This document shows, one piece after another, positions 55,209 to 64,000 of a DNA stretch of 64,000 nucleotides. Numbering within the stretch: the first letter of the stretch is position 1; each line of letters starts with the position of its first letter. Under the pieces are notes generated by a model. The model was not told the DNA's origin. It searched no databases and saw nothing but the letters and a program-made list of their open reading frames with translations. Made by a program: the position numbers and the translations under genes. This stretch comes from Pseudomonadota bacterium (GTDB lineage: Bacteria; Pseudomonadota; Gammaproteobacteria; Burkholderiales; REEB80), in assembly GCA_028873515.1 (NCBI GenBank), contig JAGWIG010000002.1, forward strand, positions 93,950 through 157,949. The letters are read 5' to 3'.

Positions 55209-55711
55209 AACGCTTGACTCCAGTTGTTCTCATACTGCTGTTCCTCTCTGGGTGCGGGAGACATAATCTTCAGGATCTCAAATCCTTTGTAAGAAAAGCA
55301 GGTCAAGCCATGAAAGGTCAAGTTACACCTATTCCGAGCATTCAGCAAAAAAATCCGTATACGTATACTGCGCAAAACCTTCGTGATCCCTTTGAACCCC
55401 AACATGTTACCCTTCAGGCAAGCGGTGAAGGTCCAAACCTTAAAAGACCACGGCAACCGCTTGAAATGTACCCGTTGTCTTCTCTGAAATTTGTGGGAAC
55501 ACTTTATATGAATGGGCATATGCAAGCCCTCATTCGAATTCCAGATGGACGCATCATTACTGTTTCTTCAGGGCAATATATGGGACAAGATTTCGGTCTC
55601 ATCACAGCTATCAGCAACCATAGCATAGATCTTCAGGAAACGATTCTAGACGACAAGGGGGTTTGGGTCATTCGACACACCAAGGTCGTCTTACAGGGAA
55701 AATCAAAATGA
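55205..55711 (+). CDS. pilP: Type IV pilus assembly lipoprotein PilP
   Basis: 168 aa with lipobox LLFLSGC, in the expected position between pilO and pilQ. Confidence 0.82.
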   Translation: MKRLTPVVLILLFLSGCGRHNLQDLKSFVRKAGQAMKGQVTPIPSIQQKNPYTYTAQNLRDPFEPQHVTLQASGEGPNLKRPRQPLEMYPLSSLKFVGTLYMNGHMQALIRIPDGRIITVSSGQYMGQDFGLITAISNHSIDLQETILDDKGVWVIRHTKVVLQGKSK

Positions 55712-57780
55712 GAATAATTCATTGGTTATACAGGGTTACAATAATAGGCCTGTTACTTGCCAGCCAACCTGTCATGGCAGCTTCATTCAACCATATTGTA
55801 GCCCTGCATTTTGGCTTGGGTGAAAATGGAAACGCCATTGTACGAATTGTTATGGACAAGCCATTGACAAAGCTACCTAAAGATTTCAGCATTGACACAC
55901 CCCCACGAGTTGCTATTGATTTACCAAATACACAAAGTACCCTCAAAAACAATTTACAGGCCATACAAATCGGTTCACTTCAATCCATTTACATTGCCCA
56001 GTCAACAGGAAGAACCCGGGTCATTCTGACTTTAACCCGCCAGACTCCATATCAAACAAGGTTAAAAGGAAATACCCTTGTCGTCTCACTTGGCAAACCT
56101 GCCATGGCCAGTCCCCCCGCACCAGTACATGCATCAACGACATTCATACAACCTCCTCTCGAAGATACACTACATAGTATCAACACTATATCCTTTCATG
56201 TAGAGCCTGATGAGACAGGGCAAATAAGCGTCAACCTTTCTGACAGAAATGTAGGTATAAATATCCATAAAAAAGAAGGTAATCTAATAGTTGATTTTCT
56301 TAATACGGAGCTTCCAGAAAAACTTCAGCGTCAACTAGACGTTACAGATTTTCACACTCCAGTGGATACTATCAAAACTTTTAAATCAGGTCGCAACACG
56401 CGTATGATCATCTCTGCGCGAGGATTGTGGGAGCATTCCGCCATACAAAGTGAAAACCACTTTATCCTTTATATAAAACCTGCCACCCCGAATCTTTCTG
56501 GTCTTAATCAAGAGAATCATTTCCATGGGAAGAAAATTTCCTTCAACCTGCAGGATGTCAGCGTGAGAGATATTTTGCAGATTATTGCAGGAGAAGCAGG
56601 GCTTAATATTATAACCAGCGACAATGTTACAGGTAACCTTACACTCAATCTCAAAAATGTGCCTTGGGATCAAGCTCTTAACATAATCCTCCAGACCAAG
56701 GGGCTCGCCATGCGACGCGATGGCAATATTATCTGGGTTGCTCCGGCCAAAGATATGGCGGCAATGGATCTACAAAAATTACAAGAGCAGCAGGAAATTG
56801 CGGACATGGAACCCTTGTATTCTGAAACCATCAGACTTAAATACAAAAAGGCTGAAGATTTCAAAGAAATGATAACAGATTCCAAACAACCCATACTGTC
56901 CAAAAGAGGCTCAGCTGTTGTTGATCCAAGGACAAATACTGTGTTCATCGAAGATACAGCCGCAAAACTTGAGGCTATTCGCAAACTGGTAAATGAAATA
57001 GACGTCCCTGTAAGGCAGGTCATGATTGAGGCCCGTATCGTTGAAGCCGATCAAAGTTTTGCAAGGGATCTTGGAGCCCGCCTCAGGCTCAATGCAGTAA
57101 AAACCAACGGATTAACGAGCGCATCTGTTGGTGCTTCGCTCACTCCTGGTGTAATCAATGCAGTAAACCTTCCTGCTCTAACCAATGCATCCGGCATTTC
57201 ACCAGGAAGTTTGGCGGTGCAAATTATTCATGGTGCTAGTGATACCCTGGGTTTGGAGCTTTCCGCACTGGAAGCAGACGGGAAGGGAAAAATTATTTCA
57301 AATCCACGCCTCATCACCTCAGATCAGGTTGAAGCAACCATTGCACAGGGCACTGAAATCCCATATGAACAAGCTACGAGTAGCGGTGCAACTTCCGTAG
57401 CTTTCAAAGAAGCTGTCTTAAGCCTAAAGGTCAAGCCACAAATTACACCCGACAACAAAATCATCATGGATATTCAGGTCAACAAAGATAGTCCCGGAAC
57501 AACTACAACTCCCGCAGGTCCGCCAATAGATACCAAAAAAATCGTTACCCAGGTGCTTATCAATAATGGAGATACTCTCGTAATTGGTGGAATTTATATG
57601 CAAAATGATACCAAATCAGTAAATAAAATCCCCTTCCTGGGTGATTTGCCCTATGTAGGAGCCGCATTTCGGGAAACTGTGGTTAATCGACAACGAACTG
57701 AATTACTGATATTTGTAACGCCACATATCCTGGGCAGTACATCAGGTCCGAATATTTCAGCCCCTGTCGCGGTGCAATAA
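55708..57780 (+). CDS. pilQ: Type IV pilus secretin PilQ
   Basis: Signal peptide, N-terminal AMIN-like repeats, and a C-terminal secretin domain (VNKIPFLGDLPYVGAAFR). Trimmed from 55663 to ATG 55708, where ATGA overlaps the pilP stop. Confidence 0.92.
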   Translation: MRIIHWLYRVTIIGLLLASQPVMAASFNHIVALHFGLGENGNAIVRIVMDKPLTKLPKDFSIDTPPRVAIDLPNTQSTLKNNLQAIQIGSLQSIYIAQSTGRTRVILTLTRQTPYQTRLKGNTLVVSLGKPAMASPPAPVHASTTFIQPPLEDTLHSINTISFHVEPDETGQISVNLSDRNVGINIHKKEGNLIVDFLNTELPEKLQRQLDVTDFHTPVDTIKTFKSGRNTRMIISARGLWEHSAIQSENHFILYIKPATPNLSGLNQENHFHGKKISFNLQDVSVRDILQIIAGEAGLNIITSDNVTGNLTLNLKNVPWDQALNIILQTKGLAMRRDGNIIWVAPAKDMAAMDLQKLQEQQEIADMEPLYSETIRLKYKKAEDFKEMITDSKQPILSKRGSAVVDPRTNTVFIEDTAAKLEAIRKLVNEIDVPVRQVMIEARIVEADQSFARDLGARLRLNAVKTNGLTSASVGASLTPGVINAVNLPALTNASGISPGSLAVQIIHGASDTLGLELSALEADGKGKIISNPRLITSDQVEATIAQGTEIPYEQATSSGATSVAFKEAVLSLKVKPQITPDNKIIMDIQVNKDSPGTTTTPAGPPIDTKKIVTQVLINNGDTLVIGGIYMQNDTKSVNKIPFLGDLPYVGAAFRETVVNRQRTELLIFVTPHILGSTSGPNISAPVAVQ

Positions 57781-57808
57781 TCTAGAAGGAACGACTTTCA
57801 ATCTGCAA

Positions 57809-57849
57809 GATACTCCATCCAATTCCTATCCCCGCGGGGATGGAGTATC
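57809..57849 (+). terminator. Strong hairpin between pilQ and aroK (terminator/attenuator candidate)
   Basis: Perfect 12-bp stem GATACTCCATCC / GGATGGAGTATC with a 17-nt loop, followed by CTTTGAGTT and then the aroK ATG. The 3' arm contains the only GGAG upstream of aroK. Confidence 0.4.
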
Positions 57850-57858
57850 CTTTGAGTT

Positions 57859-58428
57859 ATGATGAAAAACTGTAACAATCTATTCCTTATAGGTCTTATG
57901 GGGGCTGGAAAGACAACTATTGGGCGGCAACTGGCGCGAACCCGAAACCTTACTTTTTTAGATTCTGACCAGGAAATTGAGCACCGGACGGGCGTTACAA
58001 TCCCGCTTATATTTGAGCTCGAAGGTGAAGAAGGATTCCGTAACCGCGAAATAGAAGTAATAGAAGAGCTTACCCGTGGAGATAACAAAGTAATTGCTAC
58101 GGGTGGTGGTACAGTCCTGAATGAAAAGAATCGAAAAATACTCGCTACACGAGGAATAATTATCTACCTCAGGGCTTCTGCCGAAGAATTATGGGAACGC
58201 ACAAGATACGACAAACACCGACCACTCCTGCTTACTGAAGATCCTCTTGCCAAACTGAAACAGCTTGAATGCCAACGAAAGCTACTCTATGAATCCCTGG
58301 CTGACATTATTATCGATACCGGAAAACGCAATCTGTACAATCTCGTACAGCAAATAGGCCAGAGCGTTGATGCCTATATTGCCAAACACTCTCAAGACAA
58401 AGCTACAAATGCAAACATTAACCGTTAA
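57859..58428 (+). CDS. aroK: Shikimate kinase
   Basis: 189 aa. Walker [21 protein letters not shown] and GGG(T)V motifs are present. Confidence 0.92.
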   Translation: MMKNCNNLFLIGLMGAGKTTIGRQLARTRNLTFLDSDQEIEHRTGVTIPLIFELEGEEGFRNREIEVIEELTRGDNKVIATGGGTVLNEKNRKILATRGIIIYLRASAEELWERTRYDKHRPLLLTEDPLAKLKQLECQRKLLYESLADIIIDTGKRNLYNLVQQIGQSVDAYIAKHSQDKATNANINR

Positions 58429-59485
58429 TCTAAATACATCTTACCCAATTCATATCGGCCAAGGTTTACTTGATAACGAGGCCCTTTTCGCTCCACATGT
58501 TTCAAACAAAGTCGCTGTCGTCACGAATACTAAAGTAGGTCCTTTATACCTTGATCAGGTTTGTACCATGCTTGCTCGTCTAGGCACAAACTGCATTTCA
58601 ATAATTCTTCCAGATGGAGAGGTCTACAAAACCTCTGATACCCTCAACAGCATTTATACCAAACTTCTTGAAAATCATTGCGAACGAAAAACGCCTATCC
58701 TTGCCTTGGGGGGGGGGGTGATCGGAGATATGGCTGGTTTTGCTGCAGCTACCTATCTACGTGGCGTCCCTTTCATTCAAATCCCGACTACCCTGCTTGC
58801 CCAGGTAGATTCATCTGTAGGAGGGAAAACAGGAATCAACCATGCATTAGGTAAAAATATGATAGGCGCCTTCTATCAGCCACGCATGGTAGTTGCTGAC
58901 ACAGACACGCTAAATACCCTTGAAAACCGCGAGCTTTCTGCCGGTCTTGCCGAAATAATAAAATATGGTCTCATTCGGGATCTTCCTTTTTTTGAATGGC
59001 TTGAGAACAATATGGAAGCGCTTACTGAAAAAAATCCGGATGCACTTATCTATGCAATAAGCCGCTCCTGTTACAACAAGGCTCAGGTTGTAAGTGAAGA
59101 TGAAAAAGAAGCAGGTATCCGCGCTACCCTGAACTTAGGCCACACATTCGGGCATGCAATTGAAAATGGTGTAGGATATGGTAAATGGCTGCATGGTGAG
59201 GCCGTTGCTGCTGGAACCGCAATCGCAGCCAGCTTGTCTGAAACGTTGGGTTGGCTTAACGATAAGGATGTTGAACGTATCATCGGGTTATTGAAGCGCG
59301 CACACTTGCCGATCGTCGCTCCTGAACTTGGAATATCCCGCTATTTTGATTTGATGGAACTCGATAAAAAGGTAGAAAATGGAAAAATCCGCTTTATTCT
59401 GCTTAAAAAACTGGGTAAAGCTGCTATCTGCGACAATGTATCGCGAGAACTTGTAGAAAAAGTTCTTAAAGCCAATACCCGCTGA
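58409..59485 (+). CDS. aroB: 3-dehydroquinate synthase
   Basis: [39 protein letters not shown] and the HTFGHAIE metal-site motifs are present. Trimmed from 58367 to ATG 58409 (MQTLTVNL...), which overlaps the aroK end by 20 nt. Confidence 0.93.
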   Translation: MQTLTVNLNTSYPIHIGQGLLDNEALFAPHVSNKVAVVTNTKVGPLYLDQVCTMLARLGTNCISIILPDGEVYKTSDTLNSIYTKLLENHCERKTPILALGGGVIGDMAGFAAATYLRGVPFIQIPTTLLAQVDSSVGGKTGINHALGKNMIGAFYQPRMVVADTDTLNTLENRELSAGLAEIIKYGLIRDLPFFEWLENNMEALTEKNPDALIYAISRSCYNKAQVVSEDEKEAGIRATLNLGHTFGHAIENGVGYGKWLHGEAVAAGTAIAASLSETLGWLNDKDVERIIGLLKRAHLPIVAPELGISRYFDLMELDKKVENGKIRFILLKKLGKAAICDNVSRELVEKVLKANTR

Positions 59486-59584
59486 CAGAAAGTCATCGTC
59501 GCCCACAAACATCTATGCCATTGCGACAGGCATGTAGCCGATGTAAAATCAAATGATTTTCTCTGGAATTCAAGGCTTCTGCTC

Positions 59585-62500
59585 ATGAACAAACCTGATT
59601 GGCTCAATGACACACTTTACAGCCCCCAATTCGAGCAGGATAGCTGCGGCTTCGGCCTGATGGCCCAGATGGATGACCATCCAAGCCATTGGCTTGTCGA
59701 GACTGCCATTTCGTCTCTGGGCTGCCTCACACATCGTGGAGCCGTTGCTGCTGATGGGCTTTCTGGCGATGGGTGTGGGCTAATGTTCAAGAAGCCGGAC
59801 TTGTTCCTGCGAGAAATGGCGTCTCAATCCGGTATTAAATTAGGCGCCATTTATGCATGTGGTGTAGTTTTTTTAAACCAGGATAAAAACCTGGCTGAGT
59901 CGGCCAGAAGAAAACTGCTTTCTGAACTTGCAAAACAGGGGTTGGCTGACGCCTCATTCAGGGTCGTTCCGACTAATCCAGATGTATGTGGCGCTTATGC
60001 TTTAAACACACTCCCTCAAATCGAGCAAATTTTTGTAAACTGCCCCCGAGGAATGGCTGAAGAAGTTTTCGAGCGAAGCCTCTATTGCGCCCGCAGATTA
60101 GCAGAAAAGGCTATTGCGTCTAATGACGCTGATTTTTACGTCTCCTCACTTAATCCACGAACAGTGTCTTATAAAGGCTTGGTGATGCCTTCGCTTCTGT
60201 CAATATTTTACCCGGATTTATGCGATGGAAGATTTGAATCCAGCATGGCCGTCTATCATCAACGGTTTTCAACCAATACTTGGCCACAATGGCGTCTTGC
60301 ACAACCATTTAGGATGTTAGCCCACAATGGGGAAATCAATACCCTCCAAGGTAACAGAAACTGGTCACGCGCGAGAGAAAACAAATTTTCATCCCCGAAT
60401 ATTCCAAATATAAGTGATATTCTGCCGATCGTCTCGATGACAGGTTCAGATTCACTTTCCCTTGATAACATGGTTGAAGGTTTAGTCATGGGTGGCTTAC
60501 CCTTATTTCATGCCCTACGACTCGTAATTCCCCCTGCATGGCAAAATGTGGAGCATATGGATCCAGATCTCCGTGCCTTTTACGAATACAACTCCATGCA
60601 CATGGAGCCTTGGGATGGGCCTGCTGGAATAGTTCTGACTGATGGACGTTATGGCGCCTGCATTCTTGATCGTAATGGACTTCGCCCAGCCCGATATGTA
60701 ATAACCAAAGATCGCTATTTCACTATTGCTTCTGAGGTCGGTGTCTGGCCTTACGAACCGGAAAATGTAGCAATAAAGGGCCGTGTTAAACCCGGGGAAA
60801 TTGTTGCGGTAGATCTCACAAAGGGTGAACTATTACTGTCTGAATCCATCGATCAGAGCTTAAAAAGCCAAGCCCCCTACAGAAGCTGGCTTAAAACCTA
60901 TGCGAAACACATAGAACTGGGCCCTAATGAAGATGCCGGGCTTCCCTTGATGGAAACCGAAGATCTCGCCTTACATCAGAAGCTCTTCAATATTACCCTT
61001 GAAGAACGTGATCAGGTTGTTCGTGTTCTTGCAGAAGATGGGCAGGAAGCGACCGGATCAATGGGTGATGACACGCCCATGGCTGTTCTCTCGCAACAAA
61101 TCCGCCAGCCTTTTGATTACTTGCGTCAACAATTCGCACAGGTAACCAATCCGCCTATCGATCCCATTCGTGAAGCCATAGTCATGTCATTAAATACCTG
61201 CTTCGGGAGCGAACTCAATCTTTTCGAGGAAACACCCAGGCATGCCAAAAGAATTGAAATCAATTCTCCGTTACTTAGCCATGATAAATTCTCGCTATTG
61301 TTAAGCCAAAATGACCCTGATTACCAAAGCCAGGTTCTCAACCTGCATTATAATCCTAATACCTCAGATCTACGTATAGCCCTCAGAGAGCTGGCATCAA
61401 ATGCCGTAAATGCTGTTCGAAATGGAACTGTTATTCTGGTTCTCAGCGATCGACATCCTGATCAAGAAAAAATTGTCATCCCTTCACTTCTCGCAACAGG
61501 CTGCGTCCACCATGCACTGATTCGCGCCGGTTTGCGTTGTGACTCCAATTTGGTGATCGAGACCGGAGCAGTCCGCGATCCCCACCAGGTTGCTTCACTG
61601 ATTGGTTATGGAGCTACTGCCGTCTACCCTTACCTTGCCTTCCAGGTTATTGCCGAAATGGTTCAATCGGGCAAAATTTCTACTGAGTTACCTCAAGCAT
61701 TGGCAAATTATCGAAAGGGGATCAATAAAGGGTTACTCAAAATCATCTCGAAAATGGGTATCTCTACTATTGCCAGCTATCGTGGTGCACAGCTTTATGA
61801 AGCCATAGGAATCCATGAAGATATAATTGAGCTTTGCCTGCCAGGAACGGTAAGCCGTATTAGTGGGGCTAACTTTGAAGATTTTGAAGCCGATCAGAAA
61901 GCTTTGGCCAAATCTGCATTTAATCCCATTAAGTCAATACGGCAAGGGGGGCTACTCAAATTTGTCTTTGGTGAGGAGTATCACGCCTACAATCCAGATG
62001 TAGTCATGCAACTTCAGCGAGCTGTGCAAGAAGAAGACTACAACGCCTTCTTGCGCTATTCAAGGCTGGTAAACGAAAGACCTGTTGCCATGCTCCGCGA
62101 TCTAATGCGCGTTAAAGGCGATACGGCTCCCATTCCTATTGATGAAGTAGAGCCTATTGAAGCCATTCTAAAACGGTTTGATTCTGCGGGGATGAGCCTT
62201 GGCGCGCTATCTCCTGAAGCACATGAAGCTTTGGCAGAAGGAATGAACCGTTTGGGCGGACGCTCAAATTCTGGGGAAGGCGGTGAGGACCCGAAGCGCT
62301 ACGGCACTATTCGCATGTCAAAAATCAAGCAGGTTGCTTCAGGGCGCTTCGGGGTTACGCCACACTACCTTGTCAATGCAGAAGTATTGCAAATCAAAAT
62401 AGCTCAGGGTGCAAAACCGGGTGAAGGCGGCCAACTTCCCGGGGAAAAAGTTTCACCCATGATTGCAAGGCTTCGCTGCTCCAAGCCAGGTATCTCCCTG

Positions 62501-64000
62501 ATTTCACCACCACCTCATCATGACATATATTCCATCGAGGATCTGGCCCAGTTAATTTTTGATTTAAAACAGGTCAATCCCAAGGCGCTGGTTTCAGTCA
62601 AACTAGTCGCCGAACCGGGTGTGGGCACCGTTGCTGCAGGTGTAGCCAAGGCATACGCCGACCTCATTACCATATCAGGCTATGATGGAGGCACTGGAGC
62701 AAGCCCCCTATCTTCAGTTAAATATGCGGGAACCCCATGGGAGCTAGGCTTAACCGAAACCCAGCAAGTTCTTCGAGCAAATGGCTTAAGAGGACGCGTT
62801 CGTGTACAAACTGACGGGGGACTGAAAACCGGACTTGATATCATAAAAGCTGCCATTATGGGTGCCGAATCCTTCGGATTCGGAACAGCTCCCATGATTG
62901 CTCTAGGCTGTAAATACCTGCGTATATGTCATCTTAACAATTGTGCAACAGGTGTTGCTACCCAGGAAATGCGACTTAGGGCAAAATATTTTATTGGGCT
63001 GCCAGATATGGTCGTGAACTTCTTTACCTTTATCGCACAGGAAACACGTGAATGGATGGCCAAAATAGGTGTACGTAGCCTGAATGAATTGATCGGTCGG
63101 TTTGATTTACTAGAACTTACAGAAGGTGCAAACAACCGCCAGCAACATCTCAAACTTAACGTCCTGCTCAACCAAGGAAATATCCCTGACTCAGAGCCAC
63201 GCTATTGTATTCAACCATCCAACCCTTCATTTGATAAAGGTGAACTCGCAGAAAGAATGCTTGCAGATACCCAGTTGGCAATCCAATCAAAGCTGCCCAT
63301 CTCATGTAGATATGAAATAAAAAATACAAACCGTTCCATTGGCGCCCGTCTGTCAGGAGAAATAGCCCGTATTCATGGGGCTCAAGGCCTACCTGATGGT
63401 TGCATTCGTATCGAACTTACTGGTCATGCTGGTCAAAGTTTCGGGGTATGGAACGCAGCGGGACTTGATCTCATATTGGAAGGAGACGCCAATGATTATG
63501 TAGGTAAAGGCATGTCAGGTGGTCTTATCTGCATCTATCCTCCTAGCGAATCATCTTTCGTGGCCTCCGAAAACATTATTATTGGCAACACCTGTCTATA
63601 TGGGGCAACAGGGGGAAGACTCCATGCTGCTGGAATCGCAGGTGAACGATTTGCGGTACGTAATTCTGGAGCAATAGCAGTCATTGAAGGAGTAGGAGAT
63701 CACGGATGCGAATATATGACTGGAGGCTGTGTAATCATTCTTGGTGAAACCGGACTCAACTTTGGCGCAGGCATGACGGGAGGGTTTGCTTTTGTCTATG
63801 ATGAATCAGGACAATTTGCCTACCGTTATAACAATGAAGTAATCGACATTCATTTTATTAATACTGAAAGCACCGAACAGTACCGCCAATTTCTCCGTGA
63901 GCAGGTTGAAAAACACCATAGCCTGACGCAAAGTGAAAAGGCAAAAAACCTTTTATCTCATTTCAACGACGAAATCAGCCGTTTCTGGCTCATTAAACCT
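59585..64000 (+). CDS. gltB: Glutamate synthase (NADPH) large subunit, 3'-truncated by window end
   Basis: Not in the ORF track because no stop falls within the window. ATG at 59585 gives MNKPDWLNDTLYSPQFEQDSCGFGLMAQMDD... The Cys-1 amidotransferase context, AHNGEINT and LRPARY were read in frame. The frame closes exactly at 64000 (...HFNDEISRFWLIKP), giving 1472 codons. I translated only about 59585-60700 and the last 13 codons by eye. Confidence 0.92.
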   Translation, partial: MNKPDWLNDTLYSPQFEQDSCGFGLMAQMDDHPSHWLVETAISSLGCLTHRGAVAADGLSGDGCGLMFKKPDLFLREMASQSGIKLGAIYACGVVFLNQDKNLAESARRKLLSELAKQGLADASFRVVPTNPDVCGAYALNTLPQIEQIFVNCPRGMAEEVFERSLYCARRLAEKAIASNDADFYVSSLNPRTVSYKGLVMPSLLSIFYPDLCDGRFESSMAVYHQRFSTNTWPQWRLAQPFRMLAHNGEINTLQGNRNWSRARENKFSSPNIPNISDILPIVSMTGSDSLSLDNMVEGLVMGGLPLFHALRLVIPPAWQNVEHMDPDLRAFYEYNSMHMEPWDGPAGIVLTDGRYGACILDRNGLRPARYVITKDRYFTIASEVGVWPYEPENVAIKGRVKPGEIVAVDLTKGELLLSESIDQSLKSQAPYRSWLKTYAKHIELGPNEDAGLPLMETEDLALHQKLFNITLEERDQVVRVLAEDGQEATGSMGDDTPMAVLSQQIRQPFDYLRQQFAQVTNPPIDPIREAIVMSLNTCFGSELNLFEETPRHAKRIEINSPLLSHDKFSLLLSQNDPDYQSQVLNLHYNPNTSDLRIALRELASNAVNAVRNGTVILVLSDRHPDQEKIVIPSLLATGCVHHALIRAGLRCDSNLVIETGAVRDPHQVASLIGYGATAVYPYLAFQVIAEMVQSGKISTELPQALANYRKGINKGLLKIISKMGISTIASYRGAQLYEAIGIHEDIIELCLPGTVSRISGANFEDFEADQKALAKSAFNPIKSIRQGGLLKFVFGEEYHAYNPDVVMQLQRAVQEEDYNAFLRYSRLVNERPVAMLRDLMRVKGDTAPIPIDEVEPIEAILKRFDSAGMSLGALSPEAHEALAEGMNRLGGRSNSGEGGEDPKRYGTIRMSKIKQVASGRFGVTPHYLVNAEVLQIKIAQGAKPGEGGQLPGEKVSPMIARLRCSKPGISLISPPPHHDIYSIEDLAQLIFDLKQVNPKALVSVKLVAEPGVGTVAAGVAKAYADLITISGYDGGTGASPLSSVKYAGTPWELGLTETQQVLRANGLRGRVRVQTDGGLKTGLDIIKAAIMGAESFGFGTAPMIALGCKYLRICHLNNCATGVATQEMRLRAKYFIGLPDMVVNFFTFIAQETREWMAKIGVRSLNELIGRFDLLELTEGANNRQQHLKLNVLLNQGNIPDSEPRYCIQPSNPSFDKGELAERMLADTQLAIQSKLPISCRYEIKNTNRSIGARLSGEIARIHGAQGLPDGCIRIELTGHAGQSFGVWNAAGLDLILEGDANDYVGKGMSGGLICIYPPSESSFVASENIIIGNTCLYGATGGRLHAAGIAGERFAVRNSGAIAVIEGVGDHGCEYMTGGCVIILGETGLNFGAGMTGGFAFVYDESGQFAYRYNNEVIDIHFINTESTEQYRQFLREQVEKHHSLTQSEKAKNLLSHFNDEISRFWLIKP

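Noticed and set aside
57798-58088. 96-aa minus-strand ORF.
   Set aside because: It is antisense to the aroK 5' half and to the pilQ-aroK hairpin. aroK has clear Walker A and family motifs.

Overview
This window looks like ordinary core chromosome of a betaproteobacterium. The order-level guess (Nitrosomonadales-like) rests only on synteny and on sequence that looks AT-leaning by eye; nothing was computed. Supporting synteny: hslVU-xerC-DUF484-dapF, metK/ahcY-metF, tkt-pgk-pyk-fba-purC, ponA<>pilMNOPQ-aroKB-gltB, and thiC / thiD-thiE-hemL. I support about 55 protein genes, almost all housekeeping: proteolysis, the activated methyl cycle, glycolysis/Calvin-type enzymes, LPS core and lipid A, thiamine and heme synthesis, system II cytochrome c maturation, and the type IV pilus. 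I saw no tRNA, rRNA, CRISPR array, transposase, phage integrase or defence-type gene. Three RNA elements are readable by eye: a 6S RNA just downstream of zapA, a cobalamin riboswitch ahead of a stand-alone btuB-like receptor, and a TPP riboswitch ahead of thiC. Two real genes are missing from the ORF track. One is gltB, which starts at 59585 and runs off the window end. The other is a 54-aa rubredoxin at 39313..39477 (-). Several track ORFs carry N-terminal over-extensions, and I trimmed them using SD/start-codon context. The most interesting signal is in the engB-hemB spacer. It holds a tandem duplication (period about 149 nt) of an sRNA-like unit on the minus strand. Each copy has a -10 box, four stem-loops kept by compensatory changes with C/U-rich (CCUCCC-type, anti-SD-like) loops, and an intrinsic terminator. 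This resembles 'sibling' anti-SD sRNAs, but it needs cmsearch and RNA-seq to confirm. Everything else I report is low to moderate interest. All coordinates of RNA elements and trimmed starts are approximate and read by eye.
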